From Patescibacteria group bacterium UBA2591 (lineage in GTDB: Bacteria > Patescibacteriota > Patescibacteriia > UBA2591), in contig DDKT01000055.1 of the NCBI GenBank assembly GCA_002339755.1, positions 1 to 32,509 on the forward strand: a DNA stretch of 32,509 nucleotides, given 5' to 3'. A program made the translations under genes and the position numbers. Shown one piece after another: positions 5,658-13,529 of this stretch (the first letter of the stretch is position 1; the number at the start of each line of letters is the position of its first letter). Under the pieces are notes generated by a model that was not told the DNA's origin, searched no databases, and saw only the letters and a program-made list of their open reading frames with translations.

Positions 5658-7076
5658 ATGAAAAAATCTGAATTAGTTTTTGCAACAGTTTTTGTGCCGT
5701 TAGATTTCTTGATGCTCCTTTTGGCAGGCATTACTGCTTATCTTTTAAGATTTAAAACTCCTCTTCTTCAATTAAGGCCAGGGGTTTTTATTTGGTCTTT
5801 CCAAGAATATCTTCTTTTAGTAGCTGGAACAGCTATTTTTTTAATTATTATTTTTGCTTTAGCAGGAGTTTATCAAATAAGAGAACTTAGACGTAGTTTT
5901 TTAAATCAAGGATTTAAAATTTTTATGGCTTGTTCCACGGGAATGATGTTTTTAGTAATTTATATTTTTTTTCATCGAGAATTTTTTACTTCTCGATTTA
6001 TTATTTTAGCTGGCTGGTTTTGGGCTATTATTTTTGTTATTTTCGGTCGTTTAATTATCCGTCTTATTCAACGAAGTTTGTTTAAAAAAGGTGTGGGCGT
6101 CCATCGAGTAGTAATTATTGGCGAAAGTAAGATAGCAGAAGAAATATCCAAGGAATTATACCGAAATCTTCGATTGGGTTATAAAATTGTAAAAAGATTC
6201 AAAGATTTTGATGAACAAACCAAAACTCAAATTTTAGAAATTAAAAACTCTCTTGGATTAGACGAAGTTATTTTAGCCAATCCAGAATTTTCTAGAAAAG
6301 AAAGTTTAGAACTTTTAGATTTTTGTTTTGAACATCACTTAACTTTTAAACAGGCTACTGATTTACTGGAGGCGCAAATTAGAAATATCGAAGTTGATAC
6401 TCTCAATGGCGTGCCGATTATTGAGATAAAAAGAACTCCGCTTGATGGTTGGGGGAAAATTTTAAAAAGAATTTTCGATATCATTGGTTCATTAATTTTG
6501 ATTATTTTATTTTTACCTATAATGATTCTAACCGCTATTGCTATCAAACTTGATTCCAAGGGACCAATTTTATTTAGACGTTTAGATGACGGAAGTCCCT
6601 TAAAAAGAATAGGAGAAAAAGGAAAGTTATTTAATTATTTTAAATTTAGATCAATGAAACCAAGGACGCATAATCTTCGTTATACTATCTTGGCTAATCA
6701 AGATTTACGGAAAGATTCTCCTTTGGTAAAAATAAAAGATGACCCACGGATAACTAGAGTAGGAAGATTTATTCGTCGTTTTAGTATTGATGAATTGCCA
6801 GAATTTTTTTTAGTTTTGGTTGGGAAAATGAGTCTAGTCGGACCGAGGCCGCATTTACCAGAAGAGGTAGATAAATACGAAAGACACCATAAAAGAGTCT
6901 TAGCTTTAAAACCTGGCGTAACAGGCTTAGCTCAAATTTCTGGTCGTAGTGATCTTAGTTTTGAGGAAGAAGTGAGATTGGATACTTATTATATTGAAAA
7001 TTGGTCAATAGGATCGGACTTACGAATTCTTTTTAAAACACCCCTAGCTGTTCTTAAAAACAGAGAAACACTATAA
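5658..7076 (+). CDS. polyprenyl-phosphate glycosyl-1-phosphate transferase (bacterial sugar transferase, WbaP/EpsB-like)
   Basis: Multiple N-terminal TM segments. C-terminal catalytic domain motifs are DELPEFF..L.G.MSLVGPRP and KPGVTGLAQISGRSDLSFEE...D.YYIENWS...DL.IL.KT. Confidence 0.9.
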   Translation: MKKSELVFATVFVPLDFLMLLLAGITAYLLRFKTPLLQLRPGVFIWSFQEYLLLVAGTAIFLIIIFALAGVYQIRELRRSFLNQGFKIFMACSTGMMFLVIYIFFHREFFTSRFIILAGWFWAIIFVIFGRLIIRLIQRSLFKKGVGVHRVVIIGESKIAEEISKELYRNLRLGYKIVKRFKDFDEQTKTQILEIKNSLGLDEVILANPEFSRKESLELLDFCFEHHLTFKQATDLLEAQIRNIEVDTLNGVPIIEIKRTPLDGWGKILKRIFDIIGSLILIILFLPIMILTAIAIKLDSKGPILFRRLDDGSPLKRIGEKGKLFNYFKFRSMKPRTHNLRYTILANQDLRKDSPLVKIKDDPRITRVGRFIRRFSIDELPEFFLVLVGKMSLVGPRPHLPEEVDKYERHHKRVLALKPGVTGLAQISGRSDLSFEEEVRLDTYYIENWSIGSDLRILFKTPLAVLKNRETL

Positions 7077-7113
7077 ATACAATTTGAATTTTGTTCGTAA
7101 TTAAGGCCTTGCC

Positions 7114-7650
7114 ATGAATGGATTAATTATCGTCCTTATTGCCATTTTTATTCTTCTATTATTATTCTTTTTTGTTTGTCCTGCTTACAGAGGTTGGCAA
7201 GGGATACCCTGGGTGCCTACAAGAAGAAGGGATATTGAACGTTTTCTAAAACTAAGTAAAATTAAACCAGGGCAGAAAATGTATGATCTTGGATGTGGTG
7301 ATGGTCGTTTAGTTTGCGCTGCGGCTAAAGTAGGAGCAGAGGCGTACGGGTTCGAACTTTCTCTTTTTCCGTTTGTTTTGGCAAATATACAACGTTTATT
7401 CCAAAAAAATAGAAATAAAATAAAGATAATGTATCGAAATTTCTGGCATACAGACTTGAGCGACGCTGATATAATATATCTTTATCTTTTACCCAAAATG
7501 TACCCGAAACTTAAGAAAAAATTCGAAAAAGAACTGAAAAAAAATACAATAGTAATTACCTATGTTTGGCCAATCGAAGGATGGACGCCCTTACATATCG
7601 ATACAAAGAATCGCTCTCCAAATTTTTATCTTTACAAAATTATAAAATGA
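7114..7650 (+). CDS. class I SAM-dependent methyltransferase with N-terminal TM anchor
   Basis: Motif I YDLGCGDGRLV, downstream acidic-loop pattern, hydrophobic N-terminus. Confidence 0.65.
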   Translation: MNGLIIVLIAIFILLLLFFFVCPAYRGWQGIPWVPTRRRDIERFLKLSKIKPGQKMYDLGCGDGRLVCAAAKVGAEAYGFELSLFPFVLANIQRLFQKNRNKIKIMYRNFWHTDLSDADIIYLYLLPKMYPKLKKKFEKELKKNTIVITYVWPIEGWTPLHIDTKNRSPNFYLYKIIK

Positions 7651-7768
7651 AATTATTGAATAATTCCATAGGTTTATCCCGAAAATAATAAATAAGTTCT
7701 TAGCGTAAATTAAATGATACTTCGACATTTTAATCAGAATCAATTTCGTTTTTTTTGACTTTCGATTT

Positions 7769-8887
7769 ATGAAAGTTGCTCTTGTCCATGATCATCTTAA
7801 TCAAATTGGAGGAGCGGAAAAGGTACTTTTGGTTTTTAAAGAAATCTTTCCAGAAGCGCCTATTTTTACCTTAGTCTATGATGAAAAAGGCACCCAAGAG
7901 TTATTTAAAGATGCGGATATCCGAACTTCTTTTTTACAAAAAATCTCTCATGGCCAAAGGCAAATTAGAAAATTTCTACCCCTTATCCCTTTAGCTTTTG
8001 AACAATTTGACTTTTCAGACTTTGATTTAGTTTTATCCCTTTCTTCCGCTTTTGCTAAAGGAGTTCTTACTAAACCACATACTTTACATTTTTGTTATTG
8101 TCATACTCCTTCTCGATATCTTTGGCATGATCATCTTTATTATGTGGATCGTTGGGAAAAAAATTGGTTTATTGGAGGATTATCCAAATTCATGCGGAGT
8201 TGGTTAAGGGTCTGGGATAGAGCAGCTAGTCAAAGGCCGGATTATTTTATCGCTAATTCCCAAACAGTGGTTCAGAGAATCAAAAAATATTATAACCGAG
8301 AAGCTGTAGTTATCTATCCACCTACAGAGATAGATCAATTTAAGATCTCTGATAAAATTGAAAATTACTTTTTAATTATCTCTCGTCTTCGACCTTACAA
8401 AAGAGCTGATTTGGCTATAAAAACTTTCAATAAATTGAAACTTCCCCTAAAAGTCGTTGGTATAGGAGAAGAAGATCTAAAAAAAACAGCTAATTCGAAT
8501 ATTGAATTTTTAGGATCAGTAAGTGAACAAAAAAAAATAGAGCTTTTATCAAAATGTCAAGCTTTAGTTCATCCCCAAGAAGAAGATTTTGGCTTGACTG
8601 TTATCGAAGCTATGGCTTCTGGTAGACCAGTTATTGCTTATAAAAAAGGAGGGGCCCTAGAGACAGTTATCGAAGGGAAGACCGGTCAATTTTTTGAGGA
8701 ACAAACTTGGGAAGCCTTAGCAGATGCAGTGATTCGCTTTAAACCAGAAAAATTCAATCCTCAGGAAATTAGAAATCACAGTCAAAAGTTCAGTAAAGAA
8801 AGCTTTATAAAGAAAATGAAAGAGTTTATAGAAGAAAAACGGAAGGAATTTAAAACTGGGTTGGAAAATTCTAATAAAATAAACTAA
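7769..8887 (+). CDS. glycosyltransferase family 4 (GT-B fold)
   Basis: N-terminal HDHLNQIGGAEKV and C-terminal EDFGLTVIEAMASGRPVIA...GGALETV (E-x7-E type motif). Confidence 0.85.
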   Translation: MKVALVHDHLNQIGGAEKVLLVFKEIFPEAPIFTLVYDEKGTQELFKDADIRTSFLQKISHGQRQIRKFLPLIPLAFEQFDFSDFDLVLSLSSAFAKGVLTKPHTLHFCYCHTPSRYLWHDHLYYVDRWEKNWFIGGLSKFMRSWLRVWDRAASQRPDYFIANSQTVVQRIKKYYNREAVVIYPPTEIDQFKISDKIENYFLIISRLRPYKRADLAIKTFNKLKLPLKVVGIGEEDLKKTANSNIEFLGSVSEQKKIELLSKCQALVHPQEEDFGLTVIEAMASGRPVIAYKKGGALETVIEGKTGQFFEEQTWEALADAVIRFKPEKFNPQEIRNHSQKFSKESFIKKMKEFIEEKRKEFKTGLENSNKIN

Positions 8888-8899
8888 CAAATAAAATTT

Positions 8900-9589
8900 A
8901 TGAAAGATTTTTCTAAGCTGGAAAGAAAACTCGGAATTAAATTCAAAAATAAAGATTTGCTTATTCAGGCTATGGTTCATCGTTCTTATTTAAACGAAAA
9001 ACCAAACTTTTATTTATCTCACAATGAACGTTTAGAATTTTTGGGAGACGCAGTTTTAGAATTAATAGTAACAAGACATCTTTATAATAATTATCCAAAC
9101 CCAGAGGGCGAATTAACTAACTGGCGAGCTAGTTTAGTTAATGCAAAAATACTTTCAGAAACAGCTCATGAATTAGGATTAAACAACTATCTTTTTCTTT
9201 CTAAAGGTGAAGCTCGAGAGGAAAAAAGTAAGGCTCGGCAGTATATTTTAGCTAACGCTTTTGAAGCTTTAATCGGAGCTATTTATCTTGATCGAGGACT
9301 TAAACAAACTCGATTTTTTATTGAAAAATACCTACTAACTAAACTTCCTCATATTTTAGAAGCTAAACTCTTTATCGATCCCAAAAGTTGGTTTCAAGAA
9401 ATAGCTCAAGAAAAAATGGGCATCACTCCTACCTATCAAGTTCTTGCAGAATCAGGGCCAGATCACGCAAAGTATTTTAAAGTCGGGGTCTTTTTAAAAG
9501 ACGAATTAGTAGCTACTGGTGGAGGCAATTCCAAACAAGAGGCTCAAGTGGAGGCAGCTAAAAAAGCGCTTGAGAAAAAGGGGTGGTAA
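8900..9589 (+). CDS. rnc: ribonuclease III
   Basis: Signature NERLEFLGDAVLELIV, EALIGAIYLD, and a C-terminal dsRBD (PKSWFQE...GPDHAK.F.V.V......G.G.SKQEAQ..AAK.AL). Confidence 0.93.
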   Translation: MKDFSKLERKLGIKFKNKDLLIQAMVHRSYLNEKPNFYLSHNERLEFLGDAVLELIVTRHLYNNYPNPEGELTNWRASLVNAKILSETAHELGLNNYLFLSKGEAREEKSKARQYILANAFEALIGAIYLDRGLKQTRFFIEKYLLTKLPHILEAKLFIDPKSWFQEIAQEKMGITPTYQVLAESGPDHAKYFKVGVFLKDELVATGGGNSKQEAQVEAAKKALEKKGW

Positions 9590-9900
9590 GTAGTTGAATT
9601 TAATGTTAAATGAAAAAATTCTAAAAGATTAAACAGATAGAAGTAAGGTTCCTATCTGCTCTCAAGTTGTGATTTTTTTTGTAAAACTTAAAAATTGAAA
9701 TAAACCAAATAAATTAACTTTGAATAAAATCTTAAAACGAAATCAAATTCATCCTCCTCGAGAAAAAATAACCCTATTCAACTAATTTTAATCTGTCGTA
9801 GCCATATGATAATGTCATAAAAGATGATTTTACTATTTTTAAAATAAATCAAAAATTTTCAGGACTATTTCAAAAAGGGCGAGCTATTGCGCACCGCCTC

Positions 9901-9928
9901 TTGACTTTTTTAAATAATTTGCTTTAAT
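9901..9928 (+). promoter_or_regulatory. candidate promoter (TTGACT-16-TTTAAT) for the orphan gene at 10115
   Basis: Hexamers at 9901-9906 and 9923-9928. This would give a ~180-nt leader containing the conserved leader motif. Confidence 0.35.
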
Positions 9929-10020
9929 AAGGATAGATAAATTTAAGGTTATAGATCTTTAAAAATTAAAAATGGAAAAACAAGACGAGCCTTAAGCTAC
10001 TCCACATGAATCAAGAAGTT

Positions 10021-10068
10021 TTTTATTCAACCATCTCTTAATTTAACAAAGTGGTTTAGGACTCGTCT
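10021..10068 (+). repeat. conserved leader motif copy (TTTTATTcAACCATCTCTTAATTTAACAAAGTGGTTTAGGaCTCGT)
   Basis: Near-identical to 11109-11165. Contains hairpin AACCAT/GTGGTT. Lies ~50 nt upstream of ORF 10115. Confidence 0.6.
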
Positions 10069-10114
10069 TGTTAAGACGAGTAGAAAAATAAGAAAGAAAA
10101 AGGGGGTAAAAAAA

Positions 10115-11005
10115 ATGATGGAACCTAGAACAGATAATCGCGGACAATTGATTCCTAACTCTCTGAGGGGGTTAGATGATCCCTCGCTGGAAACTTGGCT
10201 TCAGGCCCACCTTAAGGGAGAAAATCTGAGTATCACTGGTGATGTTTACTCTTATGGACGACCGTCTTATCTCATTACTGAGATCTTTAACGAAATCGAT
10301 TCTGATACACGTGAGAGAATCAGGCAGATTATACTTAAATCTCTGAAGCAAGTCAGGGATGGTGAAGGTAAATGGAGTGATGAGGCAGTTATGGAACTAC
10401 TTCTTTTAGTTGAAACCTACTTTCCAAAAACTCAATACAGAGATACTGTTATTGGGTTACTGAAACAGTTGTATGAACGGTGGGTAAAAGAAGGTAATCT
10501 GGAACTTCAGCGGCGCGTGCTTCAAGAACTCCTTGGCCTTGAATATCAAGCTTCTGATCCAGATTTTTGGTATAAGGTAGCTAATTCTGAGGACCTATTT
10601 GGTTTAGCCCTGTATGGTCTCTGGCTGCAGAAGCGGGGGTGGGCCAAAGTTCTGGAATTTCTACCATCTATGCCCAACTCAGAACTTGCTTTTAGCCAGG
10701 TTATATCTACCCTTAACTTTATCCTTGAGCGTTCGCCCGAACCCAAGTTAGAGGCTAAGCGATTGAAGCAATCGAGATTGAAGCAATTGAGAGAGCTTGC
10801 TTTCAGGAGCAACAAAAAATGGGTAAAAGATGTTATCAACCATGTTCTTGATCTTCATGGGTTGAAGGGACTAACCTCTGTGGAAGAAAAAATACAAGCA
10901 TTTCCAGCCATTGGGGCTCTTAGCAAAAAAAGAAGAAAGGGAATAATGGAATTCCTATCAGCCCAGAAAAAAGAACCAAGACCGCTTAGAATTGGAAACA
11001 ACTAA
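10115..11005 (+). CDS. hypothetical protein (296 aa, predicted all-alpha)
   Basis: Long ORF with AGGGGG 8 nt upstream. Visibly higher G+C than neighbouring genes. No recognisable motif. Confidence 0.6.
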   Translation: MMEPRTDNRGQLIPNSLRGLDDPSLETWLQAHLKGENLSITGDVYSYGRPSYLITEIFNEIDSDTRERIRQIILKSLKQVRDGEGKWSDEAVMELLLLVETYFPKTQYRDTVIGLLKQLYERWVKEGNLELQRRVLQELLGLEYQASDPDFWYKVANSEDLFGLALYGLWLQKRGWAKVLEFLPSMPNSELAFSQVISTLNFILERSPEPKLEAKRLKQSRLKQLRELAFRSNKKWVKDVINHVLDLHGLKGLTSVEEKIQAFPAIGALSKKRRKGIMEFLSAQKKEPRPLRIGNN

Positions 11006-11108
11006 AGGGGGTCGCTGTTGAAAGCGACAAAGAATGGTTAAGATAGGCATAAGATTGATCAGAATTCAAGGAGGATGAAGTTATCTCTTTTTGAATGGCT
11101 TCATCTTC

Positions 11109-11165
11109 TTTTATTTAACCATCTCTTAATTTAACAATTTAACAAAGTGGTTTAGGGCTCGTGTT
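11109..11165 (+). repeat. conserved leader motif copy with internal 8-nt duplication (ATTTAACA x2)
   Basis: TTTTATTTAACCATCTCTTAATTTAACAATTTAACAAAGTGGTTTAGGGCTCGT, ~75 nt upstream of ORF 11237. Confidence 0.6.
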
Positions 11166-11236
11166 AAAAAAGAGTAAAGCTCCCAACCGCCCCACGGGGC
11201 GGGGCTTTAAAAACAATCAAAAGGAGGTATCAAAGG

Positions 11237-12046
11237 ATGAATAAGGATAATAATTGGATAGAGCTTAAAGATAAAGCAAATATATGTTTTGTTACCGTGT
11301 ATAATCATGGCGAGAGATATGTCATTGATGTAACCGGTTTTCCAATGGAAGATTATGAAATTTTAGAAAAGGCCACCTATATTTGTACTTTACTTTTTAA
11401 AGGAGAGACAATTTTAAAGGTAGGTGAGAGATTAAGAAAAGAGTTGAATGAATTGACTAAAAAAACAGGAGAATTTTATGATTTTTTCTCTGTTTGCTCT
11501 TTAAACCTGAAACTATTTGAAAAAATATTTAAATATGAGCTCAATATAACGGCGTATAATAACATTCCTGGCTATGCAAAGGTATTAGTGGATCTTGTCT
11601 CAAAAGATGCTGTGGTTGGATATTTTTTGCCAAGAGATCCAATAACAAGAGAGTTTATTGAATTCGAAAAACAGAGTATTTGTCTCAGCAAACTGCGAGT
11701 CGAGACAAATTTAAAGAAAATAGCTATGGAATTTATGCCAAGGATAATGGGAAGCAACGTTTTATTAAGAGAGGTAGCTCCTAATAAGCTCGTATTTAAA
11801 AATGAAAGCTTGGGTCCTGGTATTATGCGGCAGATAGCGGAGGATATTAAGATTACTATTCTTAACGCTAGAAAGGCATTAAAAAAGCGATTTAATTTTG
11901 AGAGCGCTGAAAATCTACCAGAAATAGAGGGGTTTAAAGAACCATTTTCGGGTGATTTTACGCTTTCTTGTCCAGAAATGACTATAACAACCTCCTTTAG
12001 CTACAAATTCATTGAAATGAATTTTAAAGAGGGAGGGAAAAAGTAA
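11237..12046 (+). CDS. hypothetical protein (269 aa)
   Basis: Long ORF with AAGGAGGT 9 nt upstream. No recognisable motif. Confidence 0.6.
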   Translation: MNKDNNWIELKDKANICFVTVYNHGERYVIDVTGFPMEDYEILEKATYICTLLFKGETILKVGERLRKELNELTKKTGEFYDFFSVCSLNLKLFEKIFKYELNITAYNNIPGYAKVLVDLVSKDAVVGYFLPRDPITREFIEFEKQSICLSKLRVETNLKKIAMEFMPRIMGSNVLLREVAPNKLVFKNESLGPGIMRQIAEDIKITILNARKALKKRFNFESAENLPEIEGFKEPFSGDFTLSCPEMTITTSFSYKFIEMNFKEGGKK

Positions 12047-12081
12047 AATGGTTGCTCAATCCTTCTTTTTCAGCAATTTAG

Positions 12082-12142
12082 ATCCCCGGTAAATTTTATA
12101 CTTTATAAATTTATACTTTACAGGAAAAAGTTTATCGGGGAT
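12082..12142 (+). terminator. long-loop hairpin between convergent genes, T-rich tail
   Basis: ATCCCCGGTAAA (12082-12093) / TTTATCGGGGAT (12131-12142), followed by TTTATATTTTTCTCTTTTT. The loop carries the direct repeat TTATACTTTA twice. Confidence 0.4.
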
Positions 12143-12191
12143 TTTATATTTTTCTCTTTTTATATTTTTATTAAAGAAACATTTAAAAAAT

Positions 12192-13223
12192 CTAACTTGT
12201 AATTTCGCCAATTAAATTGGTATAGATGATTTTTTCTAGGGTTTTTTTTGATCGATAGCCTTGAGCTAGGGCCCACATAAATTTGACCTGGGCCATAACA
12301 TCGGTCATGTCGCCAGTAGGAATAGTGCCAGCTTCTCGGGCTAGTTTGCCAGGTTCATAAATATCCATGTGGGCTTTTCCGCCAATAAATTTTGTTGCGA
12401 CTAAAACTGGAATTTTGTAATTTTGAACTACCTCCTGAATTATTGGCAAAAGTGAGTATTCACCCTCGCTTGGAACATTACCTGCCCCTAAAGACTTAAG
12501 CAAAACACCTGAACATTTACCACTTTTTAAAATCTCTCTTAAAAGTTGGGGCTCAAAGCCAGGAACAAGATCAATAGCTAAAATCCCTCGATGAAAATTA
12601 GTTTTTAAATTTAGAGGAAAATCTTTTCTTTTTTTTAAAGCTTCGGGAATAAAATGAATACCAATAGCATCTATCCGAGCCAAAGGAGGAAAAGCAGGTG
12701 AATCAAAAGCTGAAAATCTAGCCTCGCTGGTTTTAATTGCCCGAACCGCTCTTAAAACATGGTCACTGAAAACTATCATTACTTCAGCAATTTTTTCTTT
12801 AGAAGCTTGAAGAACAGTTTTCATTGAATTCTCAAGATTAAATCTAGCATCAGTTCCATAAGCAATTAAAGGAAGTTGAGAGCCAGTAAAAACAACAGGA
12901 ATTTTTAGACCTCTGCCTAAAGCTAAAGCTACGGCACTACTGGTATAGGCCATAGTATCAGTTCCATGGGTGACAATTATTCCATCTACTTTGTCATGAA
13001 TTTTATAAATATAATGGGCTAATTTTTTCCAGTGATTTGGGTTGATATTAGTACTATCAAGACATTCAAGTTCTTGAAAGGAAACATCAGCCATTTCTTT
13101 TAAAGAAGGAACAATAGCTAAAATTTCCTCCACTCCCTTGGCCGGTTTTAGCACCCCTGAAGAGCTAGGGACCATGGCAATGGTTCCCCCAAATCCTAAA
13201 ATTGCTACTTTTGGCTTTATCAT
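12192..13223 (-). CDS. L-asparaginase family protein (type I / GatD-like)
   Basis: ILGFGGTIAM and VTHGTDTMAYT motifs. Start is placed at Met49 of ORF-track ORF 12192..13367 (MIKPKVAILGFGGTIAM), because family homology begins there and a promoter lies immediately upstream. Confidence 0.85.
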   Translation of the reverse strand: MIKPKVAILGFGGTIAMVPSSSGVLKPAKGVEEILAIVPSLKEMADVSFQELECLDSTNINPNHWKKLAHYIYKIHDKVDGIIVTHGTDTMAYTSSAVALALGRGLKIPVVFTGSQLPLIAYGTDARFNLENSMKTVLQASKEKIAEVMIVFSDHVLRAVRAIKTSEARFSAFDSPAFPPLARIDAIGIHFIPEALKKRKDFPLNLKTNFHRGILAIDLVPGFEPQLLREILKSGKCSGVLLKSLGAGNVPSEGEYSLLPIIQEVVQNYKIPVLVATKFIGGKAHMDIYEPGKLAREAGTIPTGDMTDVMAQVKFMWALAQGYRSKKTLEKIIYTNLIGEITS

Positions 13224-13229
13224 AAATGA

Positions 13230-13258
13230 TTTATAGCAAATTAAACTAAAAATATCAA
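13230..13258 (-). promoter_or_regulatory. candidate promoter (TTGATA-17-TATAAA) giving a leaderless asparaginase mRNA
   Basis: The minus strand reads TTGATA, 17 nt, TATAAA, TCATTT, then ATG at 13223. The -10 box ends 6 nt before the start codon. Confidence 0.4.
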
Positions 13259-13444
13259 CTTTATTTGTATAATATGGCAGCATCGGTAATAGTTTTATTA
13301 TTTCTAAAACTGTTTCTTTTGTCAAGGCCAAGGGAAAAACTCGTATGGATATGATAATACTACACACTTTTGTATAAATAAAGCAGAGGCATTTAGAAGA
13401 GTTAAGGCCCTTATCTTAAAGAGATAGAAAACGAAACTCATGAA

Positions 13445-13473
13445 TTGCTAAAAATCTTAATTAGTGGTATAAT
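13445..13473 (+). promoter_or_regulatory. promoter (TTGCTA-17-TATAAT, TG-extended) upstream of smc
   Basis: TTGCTA at 13445-13450, TGG then TATAAT at 13468-13473. Confidence 0.5.
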
Positions 13474-13529
13474 AGAGGCATATACATGAAAAAAGTTGTC
13501 TTTTAATTTCACATTGAATTTGTTTTTTT

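Noticed and set aside
7335-7352. GGGTTCGAAC string resembling a tRNA T-arm
   Set aside because: It lies inside the methyltransferase CDS with no acceptor or anticodon arms around it. No tRNA-like cloverleaf was seen in any intergenic region.
13486-13506. 6-codon mini-ORF (MKKVVF) in the smc leader as a leader peptide
   Set aside because: It is too short, has no SD and no associated attenuator structure, so it is indistinguishable from chance in AT-rich DNA.
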